NCBI GenBank assembly: GCA_963721805.1
Contig: CAVRJY010000002.1
Coordinates: forward strand, 5,067 to 69,066
Reading direction: 5' to 3'
DNA from: Nitrospirota bacterium
GTDB taxonomy: Bacteria > Nitrospirota > Thermodesulfovibrionia > Thermodesulfovibrionales > JdFR-86
DNA length: 64,000 nt
Shown here: positions 29,458-39,424 of the stretch, in pieces
Layout: each line of letters starts with the position of its first letter
Numbering within the stretch: position 1 is the stretch's first letter
Notes under the pieces: model-generated
Databases searched by the model: none
What the model was told of the DNA's origin: nothing
The model's input: only the letters and a program-made list of their open reading frames with translations
Position numbers and translations under genes: made by a program

Positions 29458-30726
29458 TCAAACGCTCCACTTACAAATTTTATCCTCTACTATTTTCTTC
29501 TTGGTCGCATATCGTTCTCTAGATACGCGCACAATCTTTTCAGCGTTCATTTCGGTGCCTGATAGGTCTTCAGGCGGCAAGGTGCAGGCAGAAAACGCAT
29601 CCCTTGCAACACCATCAATCATGAGGCGCAGGTAAATATGATATTGGGGTAGGTTGCAGAAATGATCGGCCTCGAATGTGTGTCCTAACTCTTCCTCCAA
29701 GATGGCAGCGTCTCTTGCTCCGACACGGAATGATATGATCGTCCCGCAATTTCCGAATATTGCGTTTCGTACCTTCTCGTCGATCTGTTCGATGTACTGA
29801 TTTGCTAGAATCAAATTCAGACGGTACTTTCTTGCCTCAGATAGGATGTTAGCAAATGACTCTGTCGCAAAGTTTTGGAATTCATCGACGTACAGATAGA
29901 AATCTCTTCTGTCCTTTTCAGTCGTATCCACCCTGGTCATTGCTGCAAGCTGTATCTTTGTAACCAGAAGCGCTCCGAGAAGTGCTGAATTATCCTCTCC
30001 GATTCTCCCCTTGCTTAAATTCACAATCAAGATTTTCTGGTTATCCATTACCTCGCGGACATCAAAAGAAGACTTGCTTTGACCGAGGATATTTCTCATG
30101 ATTGAACTTGAAAGGAATTGCCCGACCTTGTTTTGGATCGGTGCGATTGCCTCGCCTCTTAGCTTCTCTGGGTAGCCCGCGAACTCCTTTGTCCAGAAAT
30201 TGCGCACTACGGGGTCATCGATGTCCTTAGTCTGCTGCTTTCGGTATCCTTCATCGGCAAGAATTCTCAGAACCCCCAGAAGGGTTGAGTTGGGTATTCC
30301 AATAGGGTCAGAATCGCGTTTCTGAGTATGTGTTCAAGCCGTGGTCCCCAGCTATCGACCCAAATCTTCTTAAACACGCCGACTAAGCCCGAAGCGGTAA
30401 GATGCCGGGTAGCGGGGTTCTTGTCTATCATTACATTGAAGGCTATCGGGTATTCCTGATCTACTGGGTTGAAGTAGATGACATCGTTGATTCGATTTGA
30501 GGGAATGGCTTTCAGTAGCCGCTCGGCGGAATCACCGTGCGGGTCTATGAAGGCCACCCCGTTACCATTTCTGATATCTTGTATGGCAAGATGCTCCAGA
30601 AGGTTTGTTTTGCCCATTCCTGTTTTCCCGATAATGTACATGTGGCGTCTGCGATCATCTCTTTTGATACCAAATATTTCTCTCGTTTCGGAAATTTGTT
30701 TTTGCGAAAAATGTGATTTCTGACAT
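29458..30726 (-). pseudogene. Type IV coupling-protein-like / TraD-VirD4-type ATPase with about 2 frameshifts (~30290, ~30675)
   Basis: My cross-frame translation gives MSEITFFAKTNFRNE / EIFGIKRDDRRRHMYIIGKTGMGKTNLLEHL..FIDPHGD / LRILADEGYRK..FYLYVDEFQNFATESFANILSEARKYRLNLILANQY. Confidence 0.65.
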
Positions 30727-30780
30727 ATGTGTTTTTCTTACGGTTTAAAAAGCCCTTTGTTAGGGCCTTCATTGGCCTTG

Positions 30781-30815
30781 AAAAAAGCCCCCTCCTTCTT
30801 TGAAGACGAGGGGGC
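30781..30815 (-). terminator. Rho-independent terminator after the primase-like gene
   Basis: On the minus strand, GCCCCCTC-(13 nt)-GAGGGGGC is followed by TTTTTT. Confidence 0.6.
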
Positions 30816-30915
30816 AAGGGTAAAGAGCTATTTGTTTTGTGTGAAAGACTCGCTTCTCTCAGTATCCTGAAGTACATCTGAAGATTCTTCAGGGCCTGGA
30901 AAGGCGATTTCTTCC

Positions 30916-31628
30916 TCATGATCTCTTAAGGCGGATTGAGATCATCAGGAACTTGTTCATGAGCTTGAAGTGCTCCTGTGACAGATAGGGCAGTCCGAAA
31001 TTACAGACTGCCTGGTGCCCGGAGTCCCATAGCTTGAGGCAGTCGAACATGTCGGTCGTAAAGTAGACCTCCTTGTCGGGCTCAATGCGGTCGTAATACA
31101 GGAGATAGAGTTCGGGGTTAAAGGAATGGTGGAAAACGTGTTTTCCGTCCTTTATCCTTATCCCGTAGTATGCTATCTTCTTTTCGTTCGTCCGTGACGG
31201 TAAAGGAGATGGTGCCGGACAGCATGGTTTTCCCCTTGGGCTTTCCCAACGCCGAACATCTGCAGGTTTCCTGGGATATGCCCATGTTGCTTAAGGTTCT
31301 TGTCGAACTCCAGCTCGTAGGTCAGCGTGAGCTGCTTGGTTATCTTTCCACCGGTGAAGCATGCCTTTTCTTCGAGCAGTTTCTTGGCCGTGTCCCAGTC
31401 ACATTGCGAAATCGCCATGACCAGTGAGATGATGTGGCCGCTTCCTTTGCACTCAGGGCAGTACCAGAGGTTCTTTTTCTCTCCGTAGGCCTTTATGACG
31501 GCCTGTTTCCCGCACTTGTGGCATGGATACCTAATATAGGCTCCATGCTGGCTACCGTCAATCTGAAGAAGCTTGAGGGCCTTGCTCGTATCAACGGCGC
31601 AAAGCGTGTTAGCGTAATTCATGCACAA
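30916..31628 (-). pseudogene. CHC2 zinc-finger / Toprim-like primase-family protein with about 2 frameshifts at homopolymer runs (~31233, ~31180)
   Basis: YPCHKCGKQ..WYCPECKGSGHIISLV is a zinc finger. The tail reads, in other frames, KGKTMLSGTISFTVTDERKE and KIAYYGIRIKDGKHVFHHSFNPELYLLYYDRIEPDKEVYFTTDMFDCLKLW. Confidence 0.5.
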
Positions 31629-31763
31629 CCTCCTTATATGGGTGACTTTTAGGGGTGGATTTGTAGCAAAAAGACATGTTATTATCCAGTAGACAGCTTG
31701 TATCCAACAGACAAACGCTTTTAAATCAAGGAGTTAAGGATAGAGAGAGTTAGGCCGTTTTAT

Positions 31764-31807
31764 TCGTAATCAGCAGGTCGTGGGTTCGACTCCCATTCCC
31801 GGCTCCA
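31764..31807 (+). other. tRNA 3' half (from anticodon loop; anticodon CGT = Thr if read conventionally) ending in CCA; putative att remnant
   Basis: The fragment reads TTCGTAA loop, TCAGC, AGGTC, GTGGG-TTCGACT-CCCAT, TCCCGGC-T-CCA. There is no matching 5' acceptor (GCCGGGA) or D arm upstream. Confidence 0.55.
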
Positions 31808-31818
31808 GTAATACCAAA

Positions 31819-31847
31819 GGGTTGCGAGAAATCGCAGCCCTTTTTTT
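31819..31847 (+). terminator. Rho-independent terminator following the tRNA fragment
   Basis: GGGTTGCGA-gaaa-TCGCAGCCC followed by TTTTTTT. Confidence 0.7.
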
Positions 31848-31942
31848 GTTGTTTCTTAAGCCGTTACGGTTGACAGGGCTCTGAGAAAATGGGAGGATGA
31901 GGCATATGGCCGTGCGCAAATCCGCAGCAGGGGGTAAGACAG

Positions 31943-32560
31943 ATGGGCAATCCGATTGACGTCGCGGTGTTCGTCGGGAGCCTGAGGGCTGAGGCATTCA
32001 GCCGCAGGCTCGCAAACGCCCTGGCCGCGCTGGCGCCGCCAGAGCTCAGGCTCGGCATCGTCGAGATCGGCCAGATCCCGTTTTACAACCAGGACCTCGA
32101 GGCCACGCCGCCCGCGCAATGGACCGCCCTGCGCCAGCGTATCAGGGCCGCCGACGCGGTGCTCTTCGTGACGCCCGAGTATAACCGCTCGGTCCCGGCC
32201 GCGCTTAAAAACGCCATCGACGTCGCATCCCGCCCCTACGGCCAGTCCGCATGGGACGGCAAGCCCGGAGCGGTCGCAAGCGTATCGCCCGGCGCTATAG
32301 GGGGGTTCGGGGCGAACCACCACCTCAGGCAGTCGCTCGTCTTCCTGAACGTCCCGGCGATGCAGCAGCCCGAACTCTACCTGGGCGGCGCTGCCGAGCT
32401 TATCGACCCCTCCGGCACGATCACCAGGGAGGCGACGCGTGCGTTTCTGGCCAGGTTCATGCAGGCCTTCGCCGCGTGGATCGTGGCGAACCGGCGCACG
32501 GGCGAGGGGATATTTCTGCTGGATAAGGTTGCCGGAAAAAATGTATCCTCAATGACATGA
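31943..32560 (+). CDS. NADPH-dependent FMN reductase family protein
   Basis: IDVAVFVGSLR..VLFVTPEYNRSVPAALKNAIDVASRP. Confidence 0.8.
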   Translation: MGNPIDVAVFVGSLRAEAFSRRLANALAALAPPELRLGIVEIGQIPFYNQDLEATPPAQWTALRQRIRAADAVLFVTPEYNRSVPAALKNAIDVASRPYGQSAWDGKPGAVASVSPGAIGGFGANHHLRQSLVFLNVPAMQQPELYLGGAAELIDPSGTITREATRAFLARFMQAFAAWIVANRRTGEGIFLLDKVAGKNVSSMT

Positions 32561-32617
32561 CGTGATCCACGTTTGCAGATGTTCCGGTATTTTTGCCGGT
32601 GCGGGGAGAGACACGCG

Positions 32618-33553
32618 ATGTCAGACAGCCAGGTGATCTATATGATCGGGTTTTCGCTGATAATACAGCTGGCGACCATCACATGCGCGCTGCAGCTTAT
32701 CGCCGTGACCGGGTGGAAGAAGGCCTGGATACTGCTCTCGCTGGGCATCACGACGATGGGCATAAGGCGCGCTATGACCTTCGCCGAGCTGCTCGCGGGC
32801 GAACCCGTGCAGCCTCACCAGCTCAGCTACGAGATATTCGGGCTTGGAGGCTCGGCCCTCATGCTCCTTGGAGTCATACTGATAAAGCCCATCTTCCTTT
32901 CGCTGAAAAACGTCGAGAAGTTGCAGGCCGAGGCGATCAGGGACAAGGACATGCTCATGAAGGAGACGTACCACAGGGTCAAGAACAACCTCTCGGTGAT
33001 CCAGAGCCTGATGTCGCTGCAGCTCAAGGACATCAAGGACGAGAACTACAAGGCGTATTTCGTGGACATACAAAACAGGGTCAAGAGCATGAGCATGATC
33101 CACGAGAGGCTCCAGCGCTCCGGGGACCTGAAGAACATCGACGCCGGAGAGTACCTGCGCAGCCTCTCAAGCACGCTCTTCCACGGCTACAGGACGAACC
33201 CCAATATAAGGATCAGCCACGAGATCGAGGACGCCAGCATGGACGTCGATACCCTGATACCGCTGGGGCTGATCTTAAACGAGCTCGTCTCAAACGCGAT
33301 GAAGTACGCCTTCCCGGCAGGCAGGGAGGGGGAGGTCAGGGTCTCGTTTTCGAAGCCCGGCGAGCAGGAATACCTGCTGGTGGTCAAAGACGACGGGGCC
33401 GGCCTGCCGCCGGACTTCGATATCAGGCAGGCAGGCTCGCTGGGGATGAGGATCGTCAAGTCCCTGGCCCGGCAGCTGAACGCCGAGCTTTCCATATCCG
33501 GCGAAAACGGGGCCGAGTTCAGGCTCCTCGTCAGGGGCCGCCCCCACCCCTGA
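32618..33553 (+). CDS. Membrane sensor histidine kinase (HisKA_2/HWE-type)
   Basis: N-terminal TM segments, H-box ETYHRVKNNLSVIQSLMSLQ, and an ATPase region NELVSNAMKYAF..DDGAGLP..GSLGMRIV. I prefer the MSDSQV start. Confidence 0.8.
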   Translation: MSDSQVIYMIGFSLIIQLATITCALQLIAVTGWKKAWILLSLGITTMGIRRAMTFAELLAGEPVQPHQLSYEIFGLGGSALMLLGVILIKPIFLSLKNVEKLQAEAIRDKDMLMKETYHRVKNNLSVIQSLMSLQLKDIKDENYKAYFVDIQNRVKSMSMIHERLQRSGDLKNIDAGEYLRSLSSTLFHGYRTNPNIRISHEIEDASMDVDTLIPLGLILNELVSNAMKYAFPAGREGEVRVSFSKPGEQEYLLVVKDDGAGLPPDFDIRQAGSLGMRIVKSLARQLNAELSISGENGAEFRLLVRGRPHP

Positions 33554-33728
33554 GCGCGCTGCTGCCCGGCCCTCTGCGCCGCGCGGCAGCCTTTCTCCCT
33601 TACAGGCCCGCCAGATTAGAAGAAAACAGTTTCGAAACTCCTTGACAAACCCGCAGCAATCATATATCATAATATTAATATGACTGACCCCCGCAAGGGG
33701 GCAATACGGCTTAAAAGGAGAAGGCATA

Positions 33729-34148
33729 ATGATACGGGCCAAGTACGTGATGTGCAAGAGGACCGCGGTCTCGATAGACACGATGGGCCGCGAGGTGGTA
33801 CACAAGATGATGGCCAGCGGCTGCCCCGGCATACCGGTGGTCGACGAGCGCTCTGAGGTCATAGGGATCGTGAGCATGTGCAACATCCTCAAGGCCGCCA
33901 GGGAAAACGGCTCTGAGCTCGACCGGATCTCGGCCGGGCAGGTGATGTCGCGGATGCCCGTCACCGCGGACGCCGAGGCCTCGCTCGACGAGCTCTCGCG
34001 CCTGATGATCGAGCACAACTACCCGGTCATCCCCATAGTGAGGGGCAAAAAGCTGATCGGCATCGTAAGCGCGCGAGAGATCATCGACACCTACATGGAG
34101 CCGCACCTCTTCAGCTCCTTCGAGGAGAAGGTGGCCGTCCCGGCCTAA
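33729..34148 (+). CDS. CBS-pair domain protein
   Basis: Two CBS repeats: ..GIPVVDERSEVIGIVS.. and ..YPVIPIVRGKKLIGIVSAREI. Confidence 0.8.
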   Translation: MIRAKYVMCKRTAVSIDTMGREVVHKMMASGCPGIPVVDERSEVIGIVSMCNILKAARENGSELDRISAGQVMSRMPVTADAEASLDELSRLMIEHNYPVIPIVRGKKLIGIVSAREIIDTYMEPHLFSSFEEKVAVPA

Positions 34149-34169
34149 GCGGCAGAGATCCGTGCGGAG

Positions 34170-36428
34170 CTAGCGGCCCCCGGCGCGCTTAAACGCATCG
34201 GCCAGCGAGGTACGCGGCTTATCCGGCTTCGGCGCGGGCTTGCGGCCGGCCGGGGCTTCCTCCTTATCAGGCCGGAGCTTTGCGGCCTCGGGGTCCTTCT
34301 TTAGGGACAGCGATATGCGCCTGCGGCCTATGTCGACCTCCAGGACGAGGGCATCGACCCGCTGGCCGACCTTCACCGCCTGCGCCGGGTCCTTTACGTA
34401 CCGGTCCGAGAGCTGGCTTATATGCACCAGGCCGTCCTGGTGCACGCCAATGTCCACGAACGCGCCGAAGTTCGTGATGTTCGTCACCACGCCCGCAAGC
34501 CGCATGCCGGGCTCGAGGTCCTTCAGCTCCGAGACGCCCTCCTTAAACGAGAAGCCCTCGAACGCCGCCCTCGGGTCGCGGCCGGGCTTTGCGAGTTCCT
34601 CCATGATGTCTTGAAGCGTCGGCAGGCCGACCGTATCCGTGATATATGCCGTCAAGTCGATCTTCAGCCGCATCTCGGGCCGCTCGATCAGCTCGCCCAC
34701 GCTCACGCCCAAATCCGTGGCCATTGCCTCGACGATCTGGTAGCTCTCTGGGTGCACCGCGCTTGCGTCGAGCGGGTTTTCGGCCCCGGCAACCCTCAAA
34801 AAACCCGCGGCCTGCTCGAACGCCTTGGGCCCGAGGCGGGGCACCTCCTTAAGTGCGGCGCGCCGCTTAAACGGGCCGTGCTCCTCGCGGTGCCGAACGA
34901 TGTTCTGTGCGAGGGATGGGCCGAGGCCGGAGACATAGCTCAGGAGCTGGGCGCTCGCGGTATTGACCTCGACGCCGACCGCGTTTACGCAGCTTACGAC
35001 CACGTCGTCGAGGCCCTGCCTGAGCATGCCCTGGTCCACGTCGTGCTGATACTGCCCGACCCCTATCGACTTGGGGTCTATCTTTACCAGCTCAGCGAGC
35101 GGGTCCATCACCCTGCGGCCTATCGAGACCGATCCGCGCACCGTTATGTCAGCATCCGGGAACTCCGCCCTCGCGGCCTCGCTCGCGGAGTATATCGACG
35201 CGCCGCTCTCGTTTACCGAGACTATCTGGATATCCCCGCGTAGCCCTATCCCGCGTATGAACGCCTCGGTCTCGCGGCCCGCCGTGCCGTTGCCTATGGC
35301 TATGGCCTCGATCTCATATTTCTCGCAGAGCCCGAGTATCGTGTTTTTCGCCTTTGCCAAAGCCGCATCCGAGCCGAGCAGGAAGACAGTTTCATAATGC
35401 TTGAGGCCGCCCTGAGCGTCGAGGCATACGACCTTGCAGCCGGTGCGGAATCCGGGGTCTATCGCGAGCACGTTTTTCTGGCCCAGAGGAGGGGCGAGCA
35501 GGAGCTGCCGCAGGTTTTCCTTGAACACCCGGATAGCCTCGTCGTCCGCGCGTTTTTTGAGGGCGAGCCTGAGTTCCGCCTCCATCGAAAACGAGAGCAG
35601 CCGCTTGTAGCCGTCCTCGACCGCGAGGCGCACCTGCCCGGAGTCCGCGCCTGAGCCGCGTACGAACATCGCGGTCAATATAGAGACAGCCCCCTCATCG
35701 GGCGGGGTAGCGCGCATGATCAGGCACTCCTCGCGCTCGCCGCGCCTGATCGCAAGGACCCTATGAGATGGCGCTGAGCGGGCCGGCTCCTCCCAATCGA
35801 AATAGTCGCGGTACTTGGCCCCGGCAGCCTCCCTGTCCTTCGCGACGCGCGAGCGGATCGTCGCGTGCGCGGCATAATAGGCGCGGAGGCGCTCCCTCGC
35901 GGCCTTGTCCTCGCTCACCCACTCCGCGATGATGTCGCGCGCCCCGGCCAGGGCGTCCCCGGCCGAGTTGATTTCCTTCCCGGGGTCGATGAACGCGGCC
36001 GCCTCGGACACTGGATCGAGGCCGGTCTGGTTGAATATCGCCTGGGCCAGGGGCTCCAGCCCGCGTTCGCGCGCCACCATAGCGCGCGTCCTGCGCTTGG
36101 GCCTGTAGGGCAGGTATACGTCTTCGAGTTCGGCCATCGTACTGGCAGCGGTGACAGCGGTTTTGAGCCCGTCAGTGAGCAGGCCGCGTTCCTCGAGGCT
36201 CTTTAAAATAGCGATACGGCGCTTGTCGAGTTCGTGCAGCTCGGCCATGCGGTCTCTGATCGAGGTTATCGCGACCTCGTCGAGCAGCCCGGTGGCCTCC
36301 TTGCGATAGCGCGCTATGAAGGGCACCGTCGCGCCTTCGTCGAGGAGCGAGGATGCGGCCAGGACCTGTGCCGGTCTGATGCCGAGTTCGGCGGCCACGC
36401 GGCCGATGTGTTCCGTGGTTCGTTCCAT
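34170..36428 (-). CDS. tex: Tex-like transcription accessory protein (S1 RNA-binding)
   Basis: 752 aa. N-terminus ..LLDEGATVPFIARYRKEATG, a YqgF-like core, HhH, and a C-terminal S1 domain (GVVTNITNFGAFVDIGVHQDGLVHISQL). Confidence 0.9.
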   Translation of the reverse strand: MERTTEHIGRVAAELGIRPAQVLAASSLLDEGATVPFIARYRKEATGLLDEVAITSIRDRMAELHELDKRRIAILKSLEERGLLTDGLKTAVTAASTMAELEDVYLPYRPKRRTRAMVARERGLEPLAQAIFNQTGLDPVSEAAAFIDPGKEINSAGDALAGARDIIAEWVSEDKAARERLRAYYAAHATIRSRVAKDREAAGAKYRDYFDWEEPARSAPSHRVLAIRRGEREECLIMRATPPDEGAVSILTAMFVRGSGADSGQVRLAVEDGYKRLLSFSMEAELRLALKKRADDEAIRVFKENLRQLLLAPPLGQKNVLAIDPGFRTGCKVVCLDAQGGLKHYETVFLLGSDAALAKAKNTILGLCEKYEIEAIAIGNGTAGRETEAFIRGIGLRGDIQIVSVNESGASIYSASEAARAEFPDADITVRGSVSIGRRVMDPLAELVKIDPKSIGVGQYQHDVDQGMLRQGLDDVVVSCVNAVGVEVNTASAQLLSYVSGLGPSLAQNIVRHREEHGPFKRRAALKEVPRLGPKAFEQAAGFLRVAGAENPLDASAVHPESYQIVEAMATDLGVSVGELIERPEMRLKIDLTAYITDTVGLPTLQDIMEELAKPGRDPRAAFEGFSFKEGVSELKDLEPGMRLAGVVTNITNFGAFVDIGVHQDGLVHISQLSDRYVKDPAQAVKVGQRVDALVLEVDIGRRRISLSLKKDPEAAKLRPDKEEAPAGRKPAPKPDKPRTSLADAFKRAGGR

Positions 36429-36529
36429 TTATATTGCAGGCTCCTTGGGGATCGATTCGAAGATACTTATTATAACACCCGCGCGGGGCACTGACGGCTC
36501 TTAAGCCGGGTGAACTGACAGGCGCGCCC

Positions 36530-38011
36530 TCAGCCCTCGGCCGCGATGACGCGGTCGCGGCCCTGGCGCTTGGCCTCATAGAGGGCCTGGTCGGCGCGCT
36601 TGATCAGGTCCTTGCCGCTTTCGTTCTCGCGGTAGTCGGCCACACCGGCGCTGACGGTGATCGTGATCTCGCGGCCTTCGTGCGTCGTGACCGTCAGCTT
36701 TACGGCGTTTCGGAGCTTGTCGCCGACCTGTATGGCAAAGTTTTTGGGGCATTTCCTCAGCAGCACGAAGAACTCCTCCCCGCCCCAGCGGAATACCGAG
36801 TCAGAGGAGCGCACCCCGGCCTGCAATATCTTCGCGGTCCTCTCAAGGACCGCATCGCCGGCCTGGTGGCCGTAGGTGTCGTTTATCTCCTTGAAATGGT
36901 CGAGGTCCATGCTCAACAGCGCAAAGGGAGTCCCGTCGCGCCCGGCCTCGGCCACGGCCGCCTCGAACATCACGTCGAAGGCCTGCCGGTTATAAAGGCC
37001 GGTAAGCTTGTCCGTGCTGGCCATCTTCTCTACGCGCTCCTGGTACGAATGGATCGTCATCCGCGTCAGCCGCACGACGACGAAGCTGATAATTCCGCAC
37101 ACGAGCAGGTTTATCAGGAACGTCGTCCATATCCGCTTTTTGGCCTCGCGTTCGTTCTGCTCGACGAGCAGGTACCAGCCGAACTCGGGGATGTAGCGGG
37201 AGTTTAGGTGTATCGTCTCGCCGTGGCGGCGGAACTGGAGCGAATTTTCGTTGGACGCGAAGACCTTGTCCGCGATCGGGCCGAGGCCCTCCATCTGGTG
37301 GATATTCGTTACCTCTCCGGGGAACTTGATGCCGTGGAACTGGACCTGGCCCTTGCTGTCGACGAAGAATATGCTGCGGCCGAACTGGCTCTGGTAGACC
37401 TCGATCTTCTTGTTGACGGACTCGACCGTCAGGCCCACGCCCGTAACTCCGATGAAATTGCCCTTATCGTCGACGACCGGGTAGTTGATGAAGATAGTCA
37501 TGGTGCCGTCGTTGGCTGGGTCGCGGTCGACGTTTATCTCGTATTCGGCCTTGCTCTGCCTGGCGCGGAAGTACCAGGCGTCGCCGGGGTCGTCCTCGCT
37601 GACCTTCTTGATGACGCCCTTCGCGTGGTAGTAGAGGCGGGTCCTGTCAGAGACGAAGAAGCTCGTGACCATGCGGTATTTCTTCTGGATCATGCCCAGG
37701 TAGCGTGTGATCTCTTTGGGGTCCTTCTCGCCGCGTAGCACCCAGTCGTGCAGGAATGTGTCGGATGCCATGAGCGAGGAGACGAAGGTCGGGCGCACCA
37801 GGTCGCGCTGGATCTCGGAATAGACGTTGTCGCTCGTCAGCGGGAGCTCGTTTTGCCGGATCTCCTGGCGGAGCGAGGAGAGAGAGACGAAGTACCCTGC
37901 AAGGCTCGTGATGAGGAGCCCCACTATGGTGACCGAGCTTACCGCCACCGCCAGTTTGCCTTTGCGCGAAGACATGCCAGCTATTCTAAGCCACAGGGCT
38001 CCGGCAGTCAA
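36530..38011 (-). CDS. Diguanylate cyclase with periplasmic Cache-like sensor
   Basis: GGDEF domain with RWGGEEFFVLL. A TM-flanked extracytoplasmic domain is present. The start may be the MSSRKGK at 37975. Confidence 0.85.
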   Translation of the reverse strand: MTAGALWLRIAGMSSRKGKLAVAVSSVTIVGLLITSLAGYFVSLSSLRQEIRQNELPLTSDNVYSEIQRDLVRPTFVSSLMASDTFLHDWVLRGEKDPKEITRYLGMIQKKYRMVTSFFVSDRTRLYYHAKGVIKKVSEDDPGDAWYFRARQSKAEYEINVDRDPANDGTMTIFINYPVVDDKGNFIGVTGVGLTVESVNKKIEVYQSQFGRSIFFVDSKGQVQFHGIKFPGEVTNIHQMEGLGPIADKVFASNENSLQFRRHGETIHLNSRYIPEFGWYLLVEQNEREAKKRIWTTFLINLLVCGIISFVVVRLTRMTIHSYQERVEKMASTDKLTGLYNRQAFDVMFEAAVAEAGRDGTPFALLSMDLDHFKEINDTYGHQAGDAVLERTAKILQAGVRSSDSVFRWGGEEFFVLLRKCPKNFAIQVGDKLRNAVKLTVTTHEGREITITVSAGVADYRENESGKDLIKRADQALYEAKRQGRDRVIAAEG

Positions 38012-38188
38012 CCTTGCGGGCCATCCCGGCCTTATATGGATGTGCCGTCCGCCCGCCTTTTATTCACAATTAGTTCACAAATAATTCAGGACAACTTCAA
38101 AATCTAGGAGTACAATTACCTTAGAAGTGCATAGATGTCATTTCGGGACATCATTTTTTAACATGCGACGCAATCGGAGGATCAGGAC

Positions 38189-38704
38189 ATGCGAAAGACT
38201 ATTCTCATCGCAGTTGCAGCACTGGCATTGATGCTCTCGGCCCCCGCGGCATGGGCGGCCGACGGCCACGACGGCCGAGACGGCGGCGACGGGATGCGCG
38301 GCTCGCGGTCAGGCGGCGCTGTTCAAACCCAGAGATGGGGCGGCGGCCAACGCGGCGGACACTGGGGCGGCGGCGAACACTGGGGCGGCCATGACAGGGA
38401 CTGGCATGGTGGCGGTGGCGGCGTCTGGATCGGCCCTGGCTGGGACCCGTTCTGGGGCCCATGGTGGTGGGGCGGGGGATATTACCCCTATCCTTCATAT
38501 CCGTACTACCCGTACGCTCAGCCGCCTGTAGTGGTTCAGCCCGAAGAGTCTCCGATGTATCAGGAGCCCACGCAGGAGCCCAACCAGCAGTCTTACTGGT
38601 ATCACTGTGACAACCCGGAGGGATACTATCCCTACATAAAAGATTGCCCGGGCGGGTGGCAGAGGGTCGTGCCCACGCCGCCTCCGGCAGGAGGGGGACA
38701 ATAA
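38189..38704 (+). CDS. Secreted Gly/Trp/Pro/Tyr-rich protein
   Basis: Signal peptide ..LMLSAPAAWA, a GGxW/GH repeat region, and C-terminal YWYHCDNPEGYYPYIKDCPGGWQRVVP. Confidence 0.6.
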   Translation: MRKTILIAVAALALMLSAPAAWAADGHDGRDGGDGMRGSRSGGAVQTQRWGGGQRGGHWGGGEHWGGHDRDWHGGGGGVWIGPGWDPFWGPWWWGGGYYPYPSYPYYPYAQPPVVVQPEESPMYQEPTQEPNQQSYWYHCDNPEGYYPYIKDCPGGWQRVVPTPPPAGGGQ

Positions 38705-38707
38705 CCC

Positions 38708-39193
38708 ATGAAACGTGCGATAGTCGTATCAGCCATGATAGTGTTCGTGCTGGCCGGTTGCGTGAGCGTTCCGATCGGCCCGAGGGTGATGGTCCTGCCC
38801 GCGCCAGGGAAACCCTTTGACGTCTTTGTCTCTGAGGAGAACACGTGCAGGGCATGGGCCTCGAGGCAGATTGGCCAGAGCACCCAGGAGACGGTCAACC
38901 AGAATGTAGCCGCCGGAGCGGTTGTGGGCACGGTAGTAGGCGCGGGCGTGGGCGCGGCCCTTGGTTCGGTTAGCGGCCATGCGGGCCAGGGCGCCGCGAT
39001 AGGTGCCGGGACCGGTGCGCTGTTCGGCACCGCGCAGGGGGCCGAGAACGCGAGGTACTACGGCGAGGAGGCCCAGAGGCGCTATGACATAGCATACATA
39101 CAGTGCATGTATTCCTATGGCAACCAGGTGCCCGGACGGCGCGGCAGCAGCAACTACCAGAGCGTCCCGCCTCCGCCTCCGCCTTCGAGGTAG
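38708..39193 (+). CDS. Glycine-zipper lipoprotein
   Basis: Lipobox VLAGC. The glycine zipper is AAGAVVGTVVGAGVGAALGSVSGHAGQGAAIGAGTGALFG. Confidence 0.7.
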   Translation: MKRAIVVSAMIVFVLAGCVSVPIGPRVMVLPAPGKPFDVFVSEENTCRAWASRQIGQSTQETVNQNVAAGAVVGTVVGAGVGAALGSVSGHAGQGAAIGAGTGALFGTAQGAENARYYGEEAQRRYDIAYIQCMYSYGNQVPGRRGSSNYQSVPPPPPPSR

Positions 39194-39217
39194 CTCGCAG
39201 CATTAGACGATAAGAGA

Positions 39218-39246
39218 GCACCCCGCCGAGGCGGGGTGCTTTTTTT
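39218..39246 (+). terminator. Rho-independent terminator
   Basis: GCACCCCGC-cgag-GCGGGGTGC followed by TTTTTTT. Confidence 0.75.
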
Positions 39247-39424
39247 GTCCGCAATCCAGCCGATTGAAACATCATTGTCGCAAGTCCCCATTTTTGTATC
39301 ATCACGCAAATTATTATTCCCTGCTAATTCAAGAGGTTGCCTGCTGGCATGGAACTTGTATTTCCGTCCTCGACTGGCTGGACGGCCATGAGGGCGGCTA
39401 AATAATTTACTGGAGGACACGGTG

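Larger units (their letters stand above)
29300..31807. mobile_element. Degraded remnant of a mobilisable/integrative element (lower GC) ending at a tRNA 3' fragment
   Basis: There is a compositional dip. The two element-type genes are both frameshifted, and a displaced tRNA 3' half plus native-looking terminator sits at the right edge. No integrase is present. Confidence 0.5.

Noticed and set aside
30545-30919. 124-aa minus-strand ORF whose ATG overlaps the primase-like stop (ATGA), first considered as the N-terminus of the T4CP-like gene
   Set aside because: It runs straight through two intrinsic terminator hairpins (30781-30815 and ~30745-30765). The true T4CP-like N-terminus (MSEITFFAKTNFRNE..) starts at 30726 in another frame.
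31732-31807. Complete tRNA genes at 31.73-31.81 kb and 19.79-19.87 kb
   Set aside because: In both cases only the 3' portion is present: the T-arm and acceptor, plus the anticodon loop onward for the second. The required complementary 5' acceptor strands (GCCGGGA and GGAGGAG) and D arms are absent upstream.
32593-33645. 350-aa plus-strand ORF overlapping the histidine kinase in another frame
   Set aside because: It is an alternative frame of 32618-33553, which has the H-box HRVKNNL and ATPase motifs. The alternative translation is Arg/Gly/Pro/Asp-rich nonsense.
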